64,000 nucleotides of DNA from Deltaproteobacteria bacterium. GTDB lineage: Bacteria > Myxococcota_A > Polyangia > Fen-1088. Under the pieces are notes generated by a model that ran no database searches, was not told the DNA's origin, and was given only the letters and a program-made list of their open reading frames with translations. Shown in pieces: positions 18,959 through 28,291 of the stretch. The translations under genes and the position numbers were made by a program. The stretch spans positions 32,001 through 96,000 of the forward strand of contig JANRKS010000029.1 in the NCBI GenBank assembly GCA_033763315.1, in the 5' to 3' direction. Every line of letters starts with the position of its first letter. The stretch's first letter is position 1.

Positions 18959-19852
18959 ATGAATGGTTTAAGAACTCGTAACGCGCTGACCTTTCTGATT
19001 GGTGGCATCACGGCGGCCTGCTTCGCGGGCTGCTCGGTCACGCCCCCCGTCACCAAGATACACTTCGCGCTCCATCCACCTGCTGGGGCGGAAGTGGAGA
19101 CCACTTCGGCCTATCAACTGGTGCGGTGGAACGTTGGCGACCAGCGGTTGGCCTTATCACCACGTGGCTCGCTGGACGACATGCTGGATCTGTGGCTATC
19201 GATTGAGAACCAAGGCGAAGACGCTGTTGATTTCTTCCCTTCGCACATCGAATACTCCTACTGCAGGCCCGCAGGGACCACGGCAAAACCGGTCTCGCCC
19301 GAGTCAAATGATCCCATATGCACGCCGTTCGCGTCTGTTCCCACGCGGGAACAGGCGGCGGCGCACTTGGCGGCCCGGGAACAAAAGCGGCAAGAAGCCG
19401 ACAACGCGGACGAAGCAGCGATGGCGGCGGTGGTGATTCTGTTTGTATTCGCCATCATCGTCGTCGCGGCGGCCGCATCGTCGGACGGTGGCAAATCCTC
19501 TTCAGGCGGTTCGAGCCGCACGGTTGGTCATCACGGGCGGAGCCACTGCTTTGTTCCCTTGCGCATGTTCGCCAATGCAGCCACTCAAGTGAACTACGCC
19601 CCTTCGTATCACGATGCACCTGCCACGGTGCCACCGGAAGCGTTCCTGGGCGGCAACCTGCAGTACACAATGGCAGAGTCCGTCATCCGTGCAGGTGAAC
19701 GTCACGCCGGCCACATCTTCATTCCGCCATACAAGAATGCTTCCTTGTTGCGACTTCGCATCGGAATCGGCAGCAATACAACGACCGTGCAGTTCGATTA
19801 TCACCCGCAAAAGGATCGCCCATCGGTCCAGCAGGGGCGCGCCGGAATGTAG
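18959..19852 (+). CDS. Hypothetical lipoprotein with an internal TM segment
   Basis: FAGC lipobox and hydrophobic AMAAVVILFVFAIIVVAAA; AGGA precedes ATG 18959. Confidence 0.6.
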   Translation: MNGLRTRNALTFLIGGITAACFAGCSVTPPVTKIHFALHPPAGAEVETTSAYQLVRWNVGDQRLALSPRGSLDDMLDLWLSIENQGEDAVDFFPSHIEYSYCRPAGTTAKPVSPESNDPICTPFASVPTREQAAAHLAAREQKRQEADNADEAAMAAVVILFVFAIIVVAAAASSDGGKSSSGGSSRTVGHHGRSHCFVPLRMFANAATQVNYAPSYHDAPATVPPEAFLGGNLQYTMAESVIRAGERHAGHIFIPPYKNASLLRLRIGIGSNTTTVQFDYHPQKDRPSVQQGRAGM

Positions 19853-19899
19853 GGACGAAAACAGCGGCAGCACCTCAACGTTCGCGCTATGGCCCCGGC

Positions 19900-20475
19900 G
19901 TGCGAACTTTACTGAGCGCGAGCGCTGTGGTGGCCGCCTTTGGAAGCGCGATTCCGCTTGCAGGGGCGGACGTCGATACAGCCGTGCGCAAGTGGGCTGT
20001 GCGCAGCGATGCGATGGTGGTCAACCAACGTGGCACTTCAAGCGATGGCGTTTTCGCTGCAGGCATCACGTTTCAACGGCGGCTGTGGCAGCGCTATGAA
20101 TGGGAAGAGACGCTTGCCTTTGGGGTGGGGAACCGCCAAGCCGATGGTGGCGGACTTGGCTTGGTGCTGGCAGGCACGGGCCGCGGTGCCGTGTGGATCT
20201 CCCAGGACCAGAAGCACACAGTTGCTCTTGGCCTTGGCACCGCCTTGGCCGTGGGTGGTGGGTATCGCGCGTTGAACTTCGCGTTCGGCGAACTGGCATA
20301 CCAACTGCGAAGCGAAACTGGATGGTGTGTGCTGATCGCTCTTGGGCCCAGCTTGCTCATGAATAAACCAAGCGGAGATGTGTGCGCCAAGAGCCCCTGG
20401 TTCTGCCGCTCGTTTGAGCAAAGGCGATTCGATCCTTGGGGGCACGCACGCCTAGGCGTGGGCTTGCTTTTCTAA
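19900..20475 (+). CDS. Hypothetical exported protein, probable outer-membrane beta-barrel
   Basis: Signal peptide, amphipathic beta-strand pattern and C-terminal RLGVGLLF (terminal Phe). Confidence 0.55.
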   Translation: MRTLLSASAVVAAFGSAIPLAGADVDTAVRKWAVRSDAMVVNQRGTSSDGVFAAGITFQRRLWQRYEWEETLAFGVGNRQADGGGLGLVLAGTGRGAVWISQDQKHTVALGLGTALAVGGGYRALNFAFGELAYQLRSETGWCVLIALGPSLLMNKPSGDVCAKSPWFCRSFEQRRFDPWGHARLGVGLLF

Positions 20476-20519
20476 CGCGCCCGCCCCTCGACGGTGCCGC
20501 GTGCTCAATTACGCAGTCT

Positions 20520-21317
20520 TTACGCCTTGTGCGCTTTTTCTCTGATCTGCCGTGGTGAAAGCTGCGTGCCCTTGCGCACGAATTTGTTGAACTGCTGCAG
20601 ATCCGGCAGCCCCACTTCCGTAGCGATGGCTTTGATCGGCAACTTGGACTTACGCAGCAGGTGCTGCGCCTTTTCCAAACGCCGCTTGGCGATGTGCGCT
20701 GCCACGCCGTGTCCGAACGTTTGATCGAACAGGCGTGTGAGGTGGTTCGCAGATATGCCCACGCGCTTGGCTATCTCCGCCACGCGCGGCGAGGCGCGCA
20801 GCTCATTCTCAATGATCGCCACAGCGGTTTGTACGGCAAAAGGCAAGGCGGTGTCAGAAGGTTTGTCTCGCTTTTGCCCCGCGGCCAAGCCCAACAGCAA
20901 ATCCCATAGCCGCACTTCGGCGCGCAAAGGATAAGACGTGAACAGCTTGATGATGCTTTCCATCTCGTCGCACAGGGGCGCGAACGCGGTTCCGGCTTGC
21001 TGCATGATCGGCAGCGGCATCGTGGTCCCCACGTTGCGCAAGGAGAAGTGCGCGTAATAGTGCACACATTGTTCCGTGTCGTAACGCCACACGAGCGGCG
21101 TGTTGGGTGGCTCCACGCTCACGCAGCCGGGCGAGATGGCGAACGATTTGCCACCGATCTGCAAAGCTCCCGCCCAACGATAAAGATGCAAACTCCAGGT
21201 GCGGTCCATAACGTACCGTTCGTGCCGGCGCGCTCCATGAACGTTAAGCCCCACTTGCTTAAGCTTCGGCTTGGACGATAGCGGCACCGCTAGGTGATCT
21301 TGGGGCCAGGGGCTCAT
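20520..21317 (-). CDS. AraC family transcriptional regulator
   Basis: N-terminal cupin-like sensor and C-terminal double HTH (IAKRVGISANHLTRLF; IATEVGLPDLQQFNKF...SP). ATG 21317 is preceded by TGG-TATATT at 6 nt. Confidence 0.9.
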   Translation of the reverse strand: MSPWPQDHLAVPLSSKPKLKQVGLNVHGARRHERYVMDRTWSLHLYRWAGALQIGGKSFAISPGCVSVEPPNTPLVWRYDTEQCVHYYAHFSLRNVGTTMPLPIMQQAGTAFAPLCDEMESIIKLFTSYPLRAEVRLWDLLLGLAAGQKRDKPSDTALPFAVQTAVAIIENELRASPRVAEIAKRVGISANHLTRLFDQTFGHGVAAHIAKRRLEKAQHLLRKSKLPIKAIATEVGLPDLQQFNKFVRKGTQLSPRQIREKAHKA

Positions 21318-21333
21318 GGTGAAAATATACCAC
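21316..21333. promoter_or_regulatory. Putative AraC-type operator copy 1, overlapping the regulator's own -10 and start codon
   Basis: ATGGTGAAAATATACCAC is 16/18 identical to the copy at 23437-23454. Confidence 0.55.
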
Positions 21334-21359
21334 CGACGCGGCTCGGCAGGCGGCACCTC

Positions 21360-23321
21360 CTAACGAGGCTCAATCGTGCGGAGGGCGTCACGCACGGCCG
21401 CCGCTTCACGTGTGTGAGTGGGGAGCTGTTCAACGGCGGCTTGCAACAGATCGCGCGCTTCGTCCGTTCGCCCGAGCTTGAGCAACGCGCGGCCGCGCAC
21501 AGCGCTGCAAAACGGGTGTTGAGGCGCGACCTGCAGGCAGCCATCGCACAGCCGCAAGGCTTCGGTGGGATTGGCGGCCAGAAGGGCTCGCGCTTTCAAA
21601 TAGGCAAACCGCGGATCCGCTGGCGCCCGCGCATACAGCTGGTTGCTGACCGTTTCTTCGGTGGTGTGGTCTCCTTCGACGTTGGCGAGCTCCACGGCAA
21701 GAATCAACGTTGATGGGTTGTGAGGCTCGTGCTGTTGCGCCTGCCGCAAGGCCTCGCGTGCCTCCCGCGTGTTGCCCCGCAACAAAGCGAGCGCGCCACG
21801 TAAGGCGTGCGCGCGCCCGAAGTTGGGGTTGTGGCGAAGTTCCATAACCACTTCGGCGTGGGCTTCGTCAATTTTGCCAACCGATTCAAGCGCCATCGCC
21901 AGGTAGTAATGCACGCGCCACGCTGAAGGTTCGAGCTCCAGCCCTTGGCGCAAAAGTTTTGCCGCCTCCTCACCGCGGCCTTGTTTGATGCGAATGAGTC
22001 CTAAGTTGCGGTAGGCCTGAGGCGCGTTTGGCTCCACCACAATGGCCTTGCTCCACAACGTCAAATCACTGGCCCACGCCGCTTGTTCGATGGCGCTGCC
22101 TGCCACGTAAAGCAATCCCAGAGCCAAGCCCACCACCCAGGTCCACCGCCCGGCACGTGTGCGCGCCATGGCGTGAACCAAAGCTGTGGCGGCACATGCC
22201 AATCCGAAAGACGACAACAGCGCGTAACGATCGGCCATGTCCGCTGCCAACGGCACCAAACCCAACACCGGACCCAAGCCAAGCCCAAACCACAGCATGC
22301 CGAACCGCAACGGTCCTGCGGCTTTCCATACGATGACAACCAGTAGCGCGACGGCTGCCACCCAACTGACAACGATGAGGCCCACGCTTGGGGTGGCTAC
22401 AACATAAGAAGGCACGTGCCCAAGCGGCGCGATGCACACACGCAGGTAGTTGGCCATCAGCCATGGCAGACGCGCCAGTGCCACCGTCACTGAATGCAAG
22501 GTGGTTGGCGCGTGTCCCACCGCTGACAAGACGAACGTGCGCAGGGCAAGAAAGCCAACGACGGCAAAAGCCTGTACGCCTACATCGATCGCTACTCTGA
22601 GCTTCGATAGCTGTGGTGTTTTCCAAAGCTCCACCGCAAAGGCGCACAAGAGGGCCGGCGTCACCACCGCGGACTCTTTGACCAGCAGTGAACTGCTTGA
22701 GAGCAAGCACGCAAGGATTGTGCGTGTCAGCCAAACCGTGTGCGGCGACGGCGCGAGCCACCCAACAACGATGACATCGATCGCGGCCAGCTGCAGGGCC
22801 AGCGACAACATGTCGCCCAAGGCGCTGGAGTAAACGAGTGCCTCGACGTGGACGGGCGCCAGTGCAAACAACGCTCCGATCGCCAGCGCCACGCGCGGCC
22901 CCACCGCCAGCCTCTGCAGCCATCGAAACAAAAACACCAAAGACACGATCCATAAGGCCCAGTTGATCAGGCGAAAGGCCCAGGCATGCGCACCGAAGGT
23001 GACGACGACCGCGCGGAAGGCCAACGTCCTCAAGGGCCGGTACGACTGCCATTGCAGCTCAACGTCGGAAGCGACAGTGGCGCGGTTGGTGAAGTAGCTG
23101 GCCAACGGTGCTCCGTGCGTCACCGCGCTGTTCTCCGTGATGTACACGGCATCGTCCAAAACAAACTCGTGATTGACGGCAGGCCACAGCACCACCGCTT
23201 GCAAGATGCCGACGACAACAGCGAACACCCAAGGCCGTGCCCATGGGCTCACCAGCCTCCAAGGCGATGAGGTCAGGACAAGGCCTCGTGACGAAGCGGA
23301 CGCGACCGGTGCTGCCATCAT
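21360..23321 (-). CDS. TMTC-like GT-C protein O-mannosyltransferase with C-terminal TPR repeats
   Basis: FVLDD...EN, YRPL, HVEALVY, KES and ADRY motifs in a multi-TM N-half. TPR repeats follow (AYRNLG, VHYYLAMA, AHALRG). Confidence 0.82.
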   Translation of the reverse strand: MMAAPVASASSRGLVLTSSPWRLVSPWARPWVFAVVVGILQAVVLWPAVNHEFVLDDAVYITENSAVTHGAPLASYFTNRATVASDVELQWQSYRPLRTLAFRAVVVTFGAHAWAFRLINWALWIVSLVFLFRWLQRLAVGPRVALAIGALFALAPVHVEALVYSSALGDMLSLALQLAAIDVIVVGWLAPSPHTVWLTRTILACLLSSSSLLVKESAVVTPALLCAFAVELWKTPQLSKLRVAIDVGVQAFAVVGFLALRTFVLSAVGHAPTTLHSVTVALARLPWLMANYLRVCIAPLGHVPSYVVATPSVGLIVVSWVAAVALLVVIVWKAAGPLRFGMLWFGLGLGPVLGLVPLAADMADRYALLSSFGLACAATALVHAMARTRAGRWTWVVGLALGLLYVAGSAIEQAAWASDLTLWSKAIVVEPNAPQAYRNLGLIRIKQGRGEEAAKLLRQGLELEPSAWRVHYYLAMALESVGKIDEAHAEVVMELRHNPNFGRAHALRGALALLRGNTREAREALRQAQQHEPHNPSTLILAVELANVEGDHTTEETVSNQLYARAPADPRFAYLKARALLAANPTEALRLCDGCLQVAPQHPFCSAVRGRALLKLGRTDEARDLLQAAVEQLPTHTREAAAVRDALRTIEPR

Positions 23322-23436
23322 GTTTGCACCGCAGTGTAAGTCCGCGTGCCAGCGTTGGAAATAAACGTTCCGTGTGAGTGCACGGCCCCGGCCGGCATCG
23401 AAGGGGCCCTTCCCTGGTGAACGACCGGCGCGCGCG

Positions 23437-23503
23437 ATGGTGGAAAAATACCACTAGAGGGTGGCTGGCCACAATTGGCGGGGACAAACGCGGCGCCTAT
23501 CTT
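23437..23503 (+). promoter_or_regulatory. Putative AraC-activated promoter of the PhyH gene: operator copy 2, a degenerate repeat 21 bp later, then -35/-10
   Basis: ATGGTGGAAAAATACCAC (23437-23454), then a weak repeat AGGGTGG...AC.A from 23458, then TTGGCG (23475-23480)-N17-TATCTT (23498-23503). Confidence 0.5.
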
Positions 23504-23562
23504 GAATTGGTCGGTGGCTCAACCACCTGTCTCTCACGCGGCCCCTCACAAAGGATTCTTCC

Positions 23563-24471
23563 ATGAGCCAGCACATCGAACGCATTTTCCAAAGCGAAGT
23601 TCACGATGGCCAATCGCGCCGCAAAGGCGAAACCTATCGAGTGACGGACGAAGAGAAAACGTTCTTTCTGAAAAACGGCTACCTGGTGCTGCGTGGCGTG
23701 GTGACCGAACAGGAACTTCGGGCGTTAGACGACGTGTTCGATACGTTCGCGCGCGGCAAGGTGCCAGGGATGGACAAAGACTTCTGTGACATGAGCGGCG
23801 CCTTGGACCGCAAGCCTGAAGACTTTACGCTGATCAATGCGATGCTGCCGCGCGTTTATCTGCCGGCGTTTGCCAACAACGTCTTTGAGCAGCGCGCTCA
23901 GAGCATTGCCAGGACGCTTTTGGGCGACGATATGACTTTGGATTACGATCAGTTCTTAGCGAAGAAGCCCGCCAAGAGTTCCGCTGTGTTCGCGTGGCAC
24001 CAAGACATGGGTTACTGGCCCAGGCGCTCGCCTGACACGAAGACGGTCACGTGCTCGTTGGCTTTGGATGACGCCGATCTTGAAAACGGCTGCCTCCGTG
24101 TGATTCCTGGCAGCCAGGCGCCGGGCTTGCGTGCGCATCGACCGTTGGCCCAGGATCTGGCGCAGGTGGGAGAGACCAAGAACACCACGCGCGAAGACGC
24201 CCACGCACAGGTGCTTGATCTGAAGCCCGAAGAAGAGATCTTGTACCTGCCTGTAAAGCGTGGCGACATTACGTTGCACAACGAGTGGATCGTGCACGGC
24301 TCGGGCGGCAACAACTCGGTTGACCGTTGGCGGCGCACGTACGTCATTGCGTTCCGATCGGCCCAAACGGTGGCGCACGAGCGTCGGCTGGGGTTCACCC
24401 ATTCACACAACGACAAGGTCAACTGGGACAACTTCGACCAGTTGGAGCAAGGTCTCTCGAGCAATCCATGA
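23563..24471 (+). CDS. Phytanoyl-CoA dioxygenase (PhyH) family Fe(II)/2-oxoglutarate dioxygenase
   Basis: NGYLVL, WHQD, ENGCLRVIPGS, HGSGGN...R, giving an HxD...H facial triad. Confidence 0.9.
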   Translation: MSQHIERIFQSEVHDGQSRRKGETYRVTDEEKTFFLKNGYLVLRGVVTEQELRALDDVFDTFARGKVPGMDKDFCDMSGALDRKPEDFTLINAMLPRVYLPAFANNVFEQRAQSIARTLLGDDMTLDYDQFLAKKPAKSSAVFAWHQDMGYWPRRSPDTKTVTCSLALDDADLENGCLRVIPGSQAPGLRAHRPLAQDLAQVGETKNTTREDAHAQVLDLKPEEEILYLPVKRGDITLHNEWIVHGSGGNNSVDRWRRTYVIAFRSAQTVAHERRLGFTHSHNDKVNWDNFDQLEQGLSSNP

Positions 24472-24500
24472 CATTTCGAACGTGGGCCTGCGTTGCCGGG

Positions 24501-25682
24501 CTAGCACTTTGCGCTGCCCACGTTCGCGTTGCAGCTGCCGTCGCTTTGTCGAAGTCGCCACTGGCAAAGCGTCTCTAACTGTGAGCGCAAGCTTATGACC
24601 TCGGCCGCCAAGGCGGCCTGAGATGGCTCATGCATCTCAAGCGACTTCAACACGGCTTCTGGCGCGTGCCAGTCCCGCAACAGCGTTGCTGGCATCGCCA
24701 ACAGCAGCATCGCCACGGCCTCATCGCCAACAGAAGGCGCCGCTTGCCGTACCAAAGCAAAGGCTTGTGAGTCGTGCAACTGTGCTCGCATGGCTTGCAC
24801 CGCTGCGAGGTGTTCGGCGGGCAAAGTGGCCAGGCCGGTCAGCGCGCGTGTGAGCCACGGGGCTGCCGCCGGACGCATGCGCTCGCTGAACGCCTGCGCG
24901 AAGCCCGAGGCGGTTGCGTGCACGGGGAACTCTGCTCCGTCGAACACCGATGCTGACAGCGCCTGCGCGTCTTCGTTGCTGACGATGCGGAACAACAAAG
25001 CCGAAGCTTGCTCATTGCGTTTTAGGGTGAGCCACCCCCGTGGGAGCCCGCTGGCTGGGTCGATCGGTTGCATCGCCTCGTGAAGCAATGGCAGCGGTAT
25101 CCAGTGGGGTGGATATTTGAAGCGAGCCACGTCCAAAACCAGCACAAGATCGCGGCCCCGATGGTAGCCCGCCACAGGCGAAAAATGACCATCGCCCGTT
25201 TGCCCCAACACGCGGCGCGTGTATGCAGCGATGACGATCGGACCATGCGGTGAAGACGCCGCGCGCACAATCGTTTCTCGTAACGCCGCTTCGTTGTTGT
25301 TGGCATCCGCGTGTTGTGATCGCGCCTCGGCGCCGTTGCAACGGGCAAGGCACGCAAGCTCTTCAAGAGTCACGCCCTTGCTACGCACCTCCTCAAGCGG
25401 CAAACAACAATCCAGCAGCTCTTCCGAATACCACCGCCACGGTCCCTTCCAGATGCGGCCAGGATCGATCTGCAATGCGTTGAGCGCCACCACCAGCGAG
25501 CCGAGGCCACAGAAGGCCGGGTCTGACTGGGTGTGGAATTGTTCAGCCAACGAGAACCACCCCTGCATTCCCCCTTCCGTGAGCGCTTCTTGAAACAGTT
25601 GCCGGCCTTCCGCAGACGCAAAGGGGATGAGCCCGTCGGGCAACGGACGGCGATAAAAGGTGGATGACGTTGTGCTGATCAT
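24501..25682 (-). CDS. Phytochelatin synthase (glutathione gamma-glutamylcysteinyltransferase), long eukaryote-like form
   Basis: FYRRPLP, TQSDPAFCG (catalytic Cys), WKGPWRW, LDCC, QTGDGHFSP (His), LDVARFKYPPHW (Asp), plus about 170 aa of C-terminal extension. Confidence 0.92.
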   Translation of the reverse strand: MISTTSSTFYRRPLPDGLIPFASAEGRQLFQEALTEGGMQGWFSLAEQFHTQSDPAFCGLGSLVVALNALQIDPGRIWKGPWRWYSEELLDCCLPLEEVRSKGVTLEELACLARCNGAEARSQHADANNNEAALRETIVRAASSPHGPIVIAAYTRRVLGQTGDGHFSPVAGYHRGRDLVLVLDVARFKYPPHWIPLPLLHEAMQPIDPASGLPRGWLTLKRNEQASALLFRIVSNEDAQALSASVFDGAEFPVHATASGFAQAFSERMRPAAAPWLTRALTGLATLPAEHLAAVQAMRAQLHDSQAFALVRQAAPSVGDEAVAMLLLAMPATLLRDWHAPEAVLKSLEMHEPSQAALAAEVISLRSQLETLCQWRLRQSDGSCNANVGSAKC

Positions 25683-25729
25683 GACCCTGCAGAGGATGAT
25701 GCCACGATCAGCACCGTGACGGCGCGGCT

Positions 25730-26155
25730 TTAAAGGTGCGCGACGCCGATGGCCGCGTTCACGGTTTCGTTGTCAGCAGCGGCGCGGACATCGGGTGGAA
25801 AGTCGGCCATATCAAAGACTTGCCGCACCTCCACTATGTCGCCGGACGCCGCTGGTACGCGCCGCGCCCACTCGATCGCCTCTTCGCGTGACTTCGCCTG
25901 GATGATCCAATAGCCGCCAAGCATCTCTTTGCTTTCGGCGAAGGGGCCATCCTGCACCCGCGGGCGGGCTCCATCAAAATGAACGCGCGCGGCCTTCTCG
26001 GGTGGGTGCAGGCCGTCAAGTGAAATCAAAACGCCTGCCTTCGCCAATTGCTCGTTGTATTTCGTCATCTTTTCAACCGCATCCACGGGCGGGGTGAAGT
26101 TCGGATCGGTGGGGCCTGCGTAGACTTTGGGGATCATCAACATCATAAAGCGCAT
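25730..26155 (-). CDS. YciI/DGPF family protein
   Basis: DGPFAESKEMLGGYW and VEVRQ; SD AAGGAG before ATG 26155. Confidence 0.9.
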   Translation of the reverse strand: MRFMMLMIPKVYAGPTDPNFTPPVDAVEKMTKYNEQLAKAGVLISLDGLHPPEKAARVHFDGARPRVQDGPFAESKEMLGGYWIIQAKSREEAIEWARRVPAASGDIVEVRQVFDMADFPPDVRAAADNETVNAAIGVAHL

Positions 26156-26200
26156 GGTTTCGCTCCTTGCTGGTGTGTGTCGGCGTGTCTCATAAAGAAC

Positions 26201-26227
26201 GTCGGTCGAAGTAACTTCAGATCGACA
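26201..26227 (-). promoter_or_regulatory. ECF42-type sigma factor promoter
   Basis: The minus strand reads TGTCGA-N17-CGAC, about 45 nt upstream of a DGPF gene. This matches the described ECF42 consensus (TGTCGA / CG[AT]C). Confidence 0.65.
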
Positions 26228-26349
26228 ACCAGGGCGTCTTTTTTTGTTTCTCCCCGAAGCAGCAGTGATCCCTGCGCTTTCTGCACGGCTGTGCGTCGCT
26301 ATACTGGCGCCGCGTCGCTTGGGGCTTTCCACGCGATGGAGGTATCACC

Positions 26350-26598
26350 ATGAATATTAAGACGACTTTGCAAAAATCATTGGCGCTGGCGGCGTCCGGC
26401 GATTGGCAAGGTGCGCATGCGCTCATTGATGCGCTCGAGCATCCGGTGGCTTGTTGGCTGCACGCTTCCTTGCACAGAGAAGAAGGTGACGCGGCCAACG
26501 CGGGCTATTGGTACAGCCGCGCGGGCCGCCCTTATTCGAATGCCAGCTTCACACAAGAGCGCGCGACGATTGCGACTGAGGTTGACGCCATGAAATAG
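26350..26598 (+). CDS. Small conserved hypothetical protein
   Basis: SD GGAGGT; motif DWQGAH...WLHASLHREEGDAANAGYWYSRAG. Confidence 0.8.
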   Translation: MNIKTTLQKSLALAASGDWQGAHALIDALEHPVACWLHASLHREEGDAANAGYWYSRAGRPYSNASFTQERATIATEVDAMK

Positions 26599-26608
26599 TG
26601 GGCACCGC

Positions 26609-27019
26609 TTAGCCCTTGGTGGCGGCGTCTTGGCTGCCGTCGCTTGGCGTCGGCAAAGCGCCTTGCGTGGATGAGGCGTCATCCGTTTGGGCCTCGTATT
26701 TCGCGATGAATTGGAAAACCGTGGCGCCAATCTTCACGCGGCTGCCATCAGCCAGGGCCATTTGTTCGATCTTAATGTCATCAACGAACGTGCCATTGGT
26801 TGAATCGAGGTCCTTGACCATCACGATGACGGAGCCAAGCGTGATCTTCGCGTGAATGCGCGAAACAGGCTCTTGATTCAAAACCACTTCACACGCGTCC
26901 GAGCGGCCGATGAGGATTTCACGACCGCGAAGAACGTACACGTGCCCCGCCGGCTCGCCCGCCACCACCTTGAGCGCGGGCACCGGGATCTGTGTGTTGC
27001 TCTGCTGGCCATCACCCAT
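26609..27019 (-). CDS. FHA domain protein
   Basis: IGR, VSRIHA, DLDSTNGTFV and VKIG; GGAG before ATG 27019. Confidence 0.88.
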   Translation of the reverse strand: MGDGQQSNTQIPVPALKVVAGEPAGHVYVLRGREILIGRSDACEVVLNQEPVSRIHAKITLGSVIVMVKDLDSTNGTFVDDIKIEQMALADGSRVKIGATVFQFIAKYEAQTDDASSTQGALPTPSDGSQDAATKG

Positions 27020-27176
27020 AGAAGCTCTCCCTCGGTGTTCCGCCCAACTCTGAACGTCGCGGAACGCCCTAAGCGGAGACGCGATTGTGACGCGCGTATG
27101 GCCAGCGTGTCTAGTTTTCAGCGCGGTGCGAACGTCGCTTGTTGCCGCGATCCCTGACGGGAACGTGCCGATGCTC

Positions 27177-28166
27177 TTACGGCGTGCAACCGATGGCTTT
27201 GACGTCCACCGCCAGATCGTCGAGATACATATCAAAGTCGGCAGGCAGGTCGTGGTAGAGCGACATGCCAAACTGGATGAAGCGGTAGGTGGTGAGCGGT
27301 TCGCCTGGTGCGTTTGTGGCGGTGGCCACTTGCTGGCCGTCCACCAATAACTTCAGTTCGCCCGTGCTCTTCTTGAATTGTGCTTCCACGCAGATCCATT
27401 TTTTCACCGGGATCGCGCCCACGGGGTCAAACACCTTGCCAAGAGGTGCGAGGATCCACTTGTTGCCTGCTTGGCCGCCGAACTCCACATTGCTTTCGTT
27501 AACCGCGCCGTTGCCGCGGAACATGAACGAGTGGCGAAATTCGTGTGGCGCTGAGAAGTAAGTGAAGAAGCGCGCGAAGAGATCGCCACCGCCAGTCTTC
27601 ACGCTTTCAGGCACCGTCTTTAACGTGATGTAGCCTTTGGCCATCGCTTCGGACGTCGTTTTGAGCAGATGAATTTGCAGCGCTCTTCCGGGGCCGCGCA
27701 ACGCCGTGACCTGATCCTTGACCACTTTGACCGTACCGGCACTGGCCGAAATTGACCAAGCGGCCGTAAGATCAGTTTCGAAGCCTTGGCAGGCCGCTTG
27801 GGCGCAGCTTGCGGCCGAAACCATACCCCCCGTGCCCGCCATGCCGCCGCCCGCACCGCCGGAACCACCCGCGCCCGCCACACCCCCGGACCCGGGAGCG
27901 CCGCCGCCACCGACGCCGCTTCCTGCACCACCCCCTGCGCCCGCGGTGCCACCGGTGCCGCCTTGGGCACTTTGTTGCCCGCCGCCGCCGCCCCCAGCCT
28001 CGCCCCCGCCGCCGCCTTCAGCTTCACCGCCGCTGCCACCGCGGCCCTCATCGCCATCACCGTCGCCCCCAGAAGTGCAGCTTAGGCAGGCAACCAAGGC
28101 CATGGTTGAAAACAAAAGCCGTGATGAGGCCGGAACGACCAACGAATGACATATGCCGAACTTCAT
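27177..28166 (-). CDS. Lipoprotein with a Gly-rich linker and a polysaccharide-lyase-like/Cip1-like beta-sandwich
   Basis: LVACLSC lipobox region, poly-Gly linker, C..C.GFE, KWICVE and C-terminal DMYLDDLAV...IGC. Confidence 0.65.
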   Translation of the reverse strand: MKFGICHSLVVPASSRLLFSTMALVACLSCTSGGDGDGDEGRGGSGGEAEGGGGGEAGGGGGGQQSAQGGTGGTAGAGGGAGSGVGGGGAPGSGGVAGAGGSGGAGGGMAGTGGMVSAASCAQAACQGFETDLTAAWSISASAGTVKVVKDQVTALRGPGRALQIHLLKTTSEAMAKGYITLKTVPESVKTGGGDLFARFFTYFSAPHEFRHSFMFRGNGAVNESNVEFGGQAGNKWILAPLGKVFDPVGAIPVKKWICVEAQFKKSTGELKLLVDGQQVATATNAPGEPLTTYRFIQFGMSLYHDLPADFDMYLDDLAVDVKAIGCTP

Positions 28167-28291
28167 AGCCGCGAGTCTGGTACGGTATGGGCGCTCATGG
28201 CAAGAAGATCCCACTTCGTATCGCGCGAAATAGGAACAACGCGCCGCTCCCGCTGGTGCCATTGACGTAGGCCCCGCGTATTCTCACGCCC

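Noticed and set aside
22066-23052. 328-aa alternative-frame ORF, and similar long ORFs such as 53873-54829, 36173-37039 and 30256-31101
   Set aside because: They overlap well-supported CDSs, are Arg-rich and lack motifs, as expected for GC-rich shadow frames.
27820-28065. GGC/CCG-rich repetitive tract
   Set aside because: It encodes the Gly-rich lipoprotein linker and has no repeat-spacer periodicity, so it is not a CRISPR array or VNTR.
28262-28284. TTGACG...TATTCT as a -35/-10 pair
   Set aside because: The spacer is only 11 nt; only the -10 element was kept.
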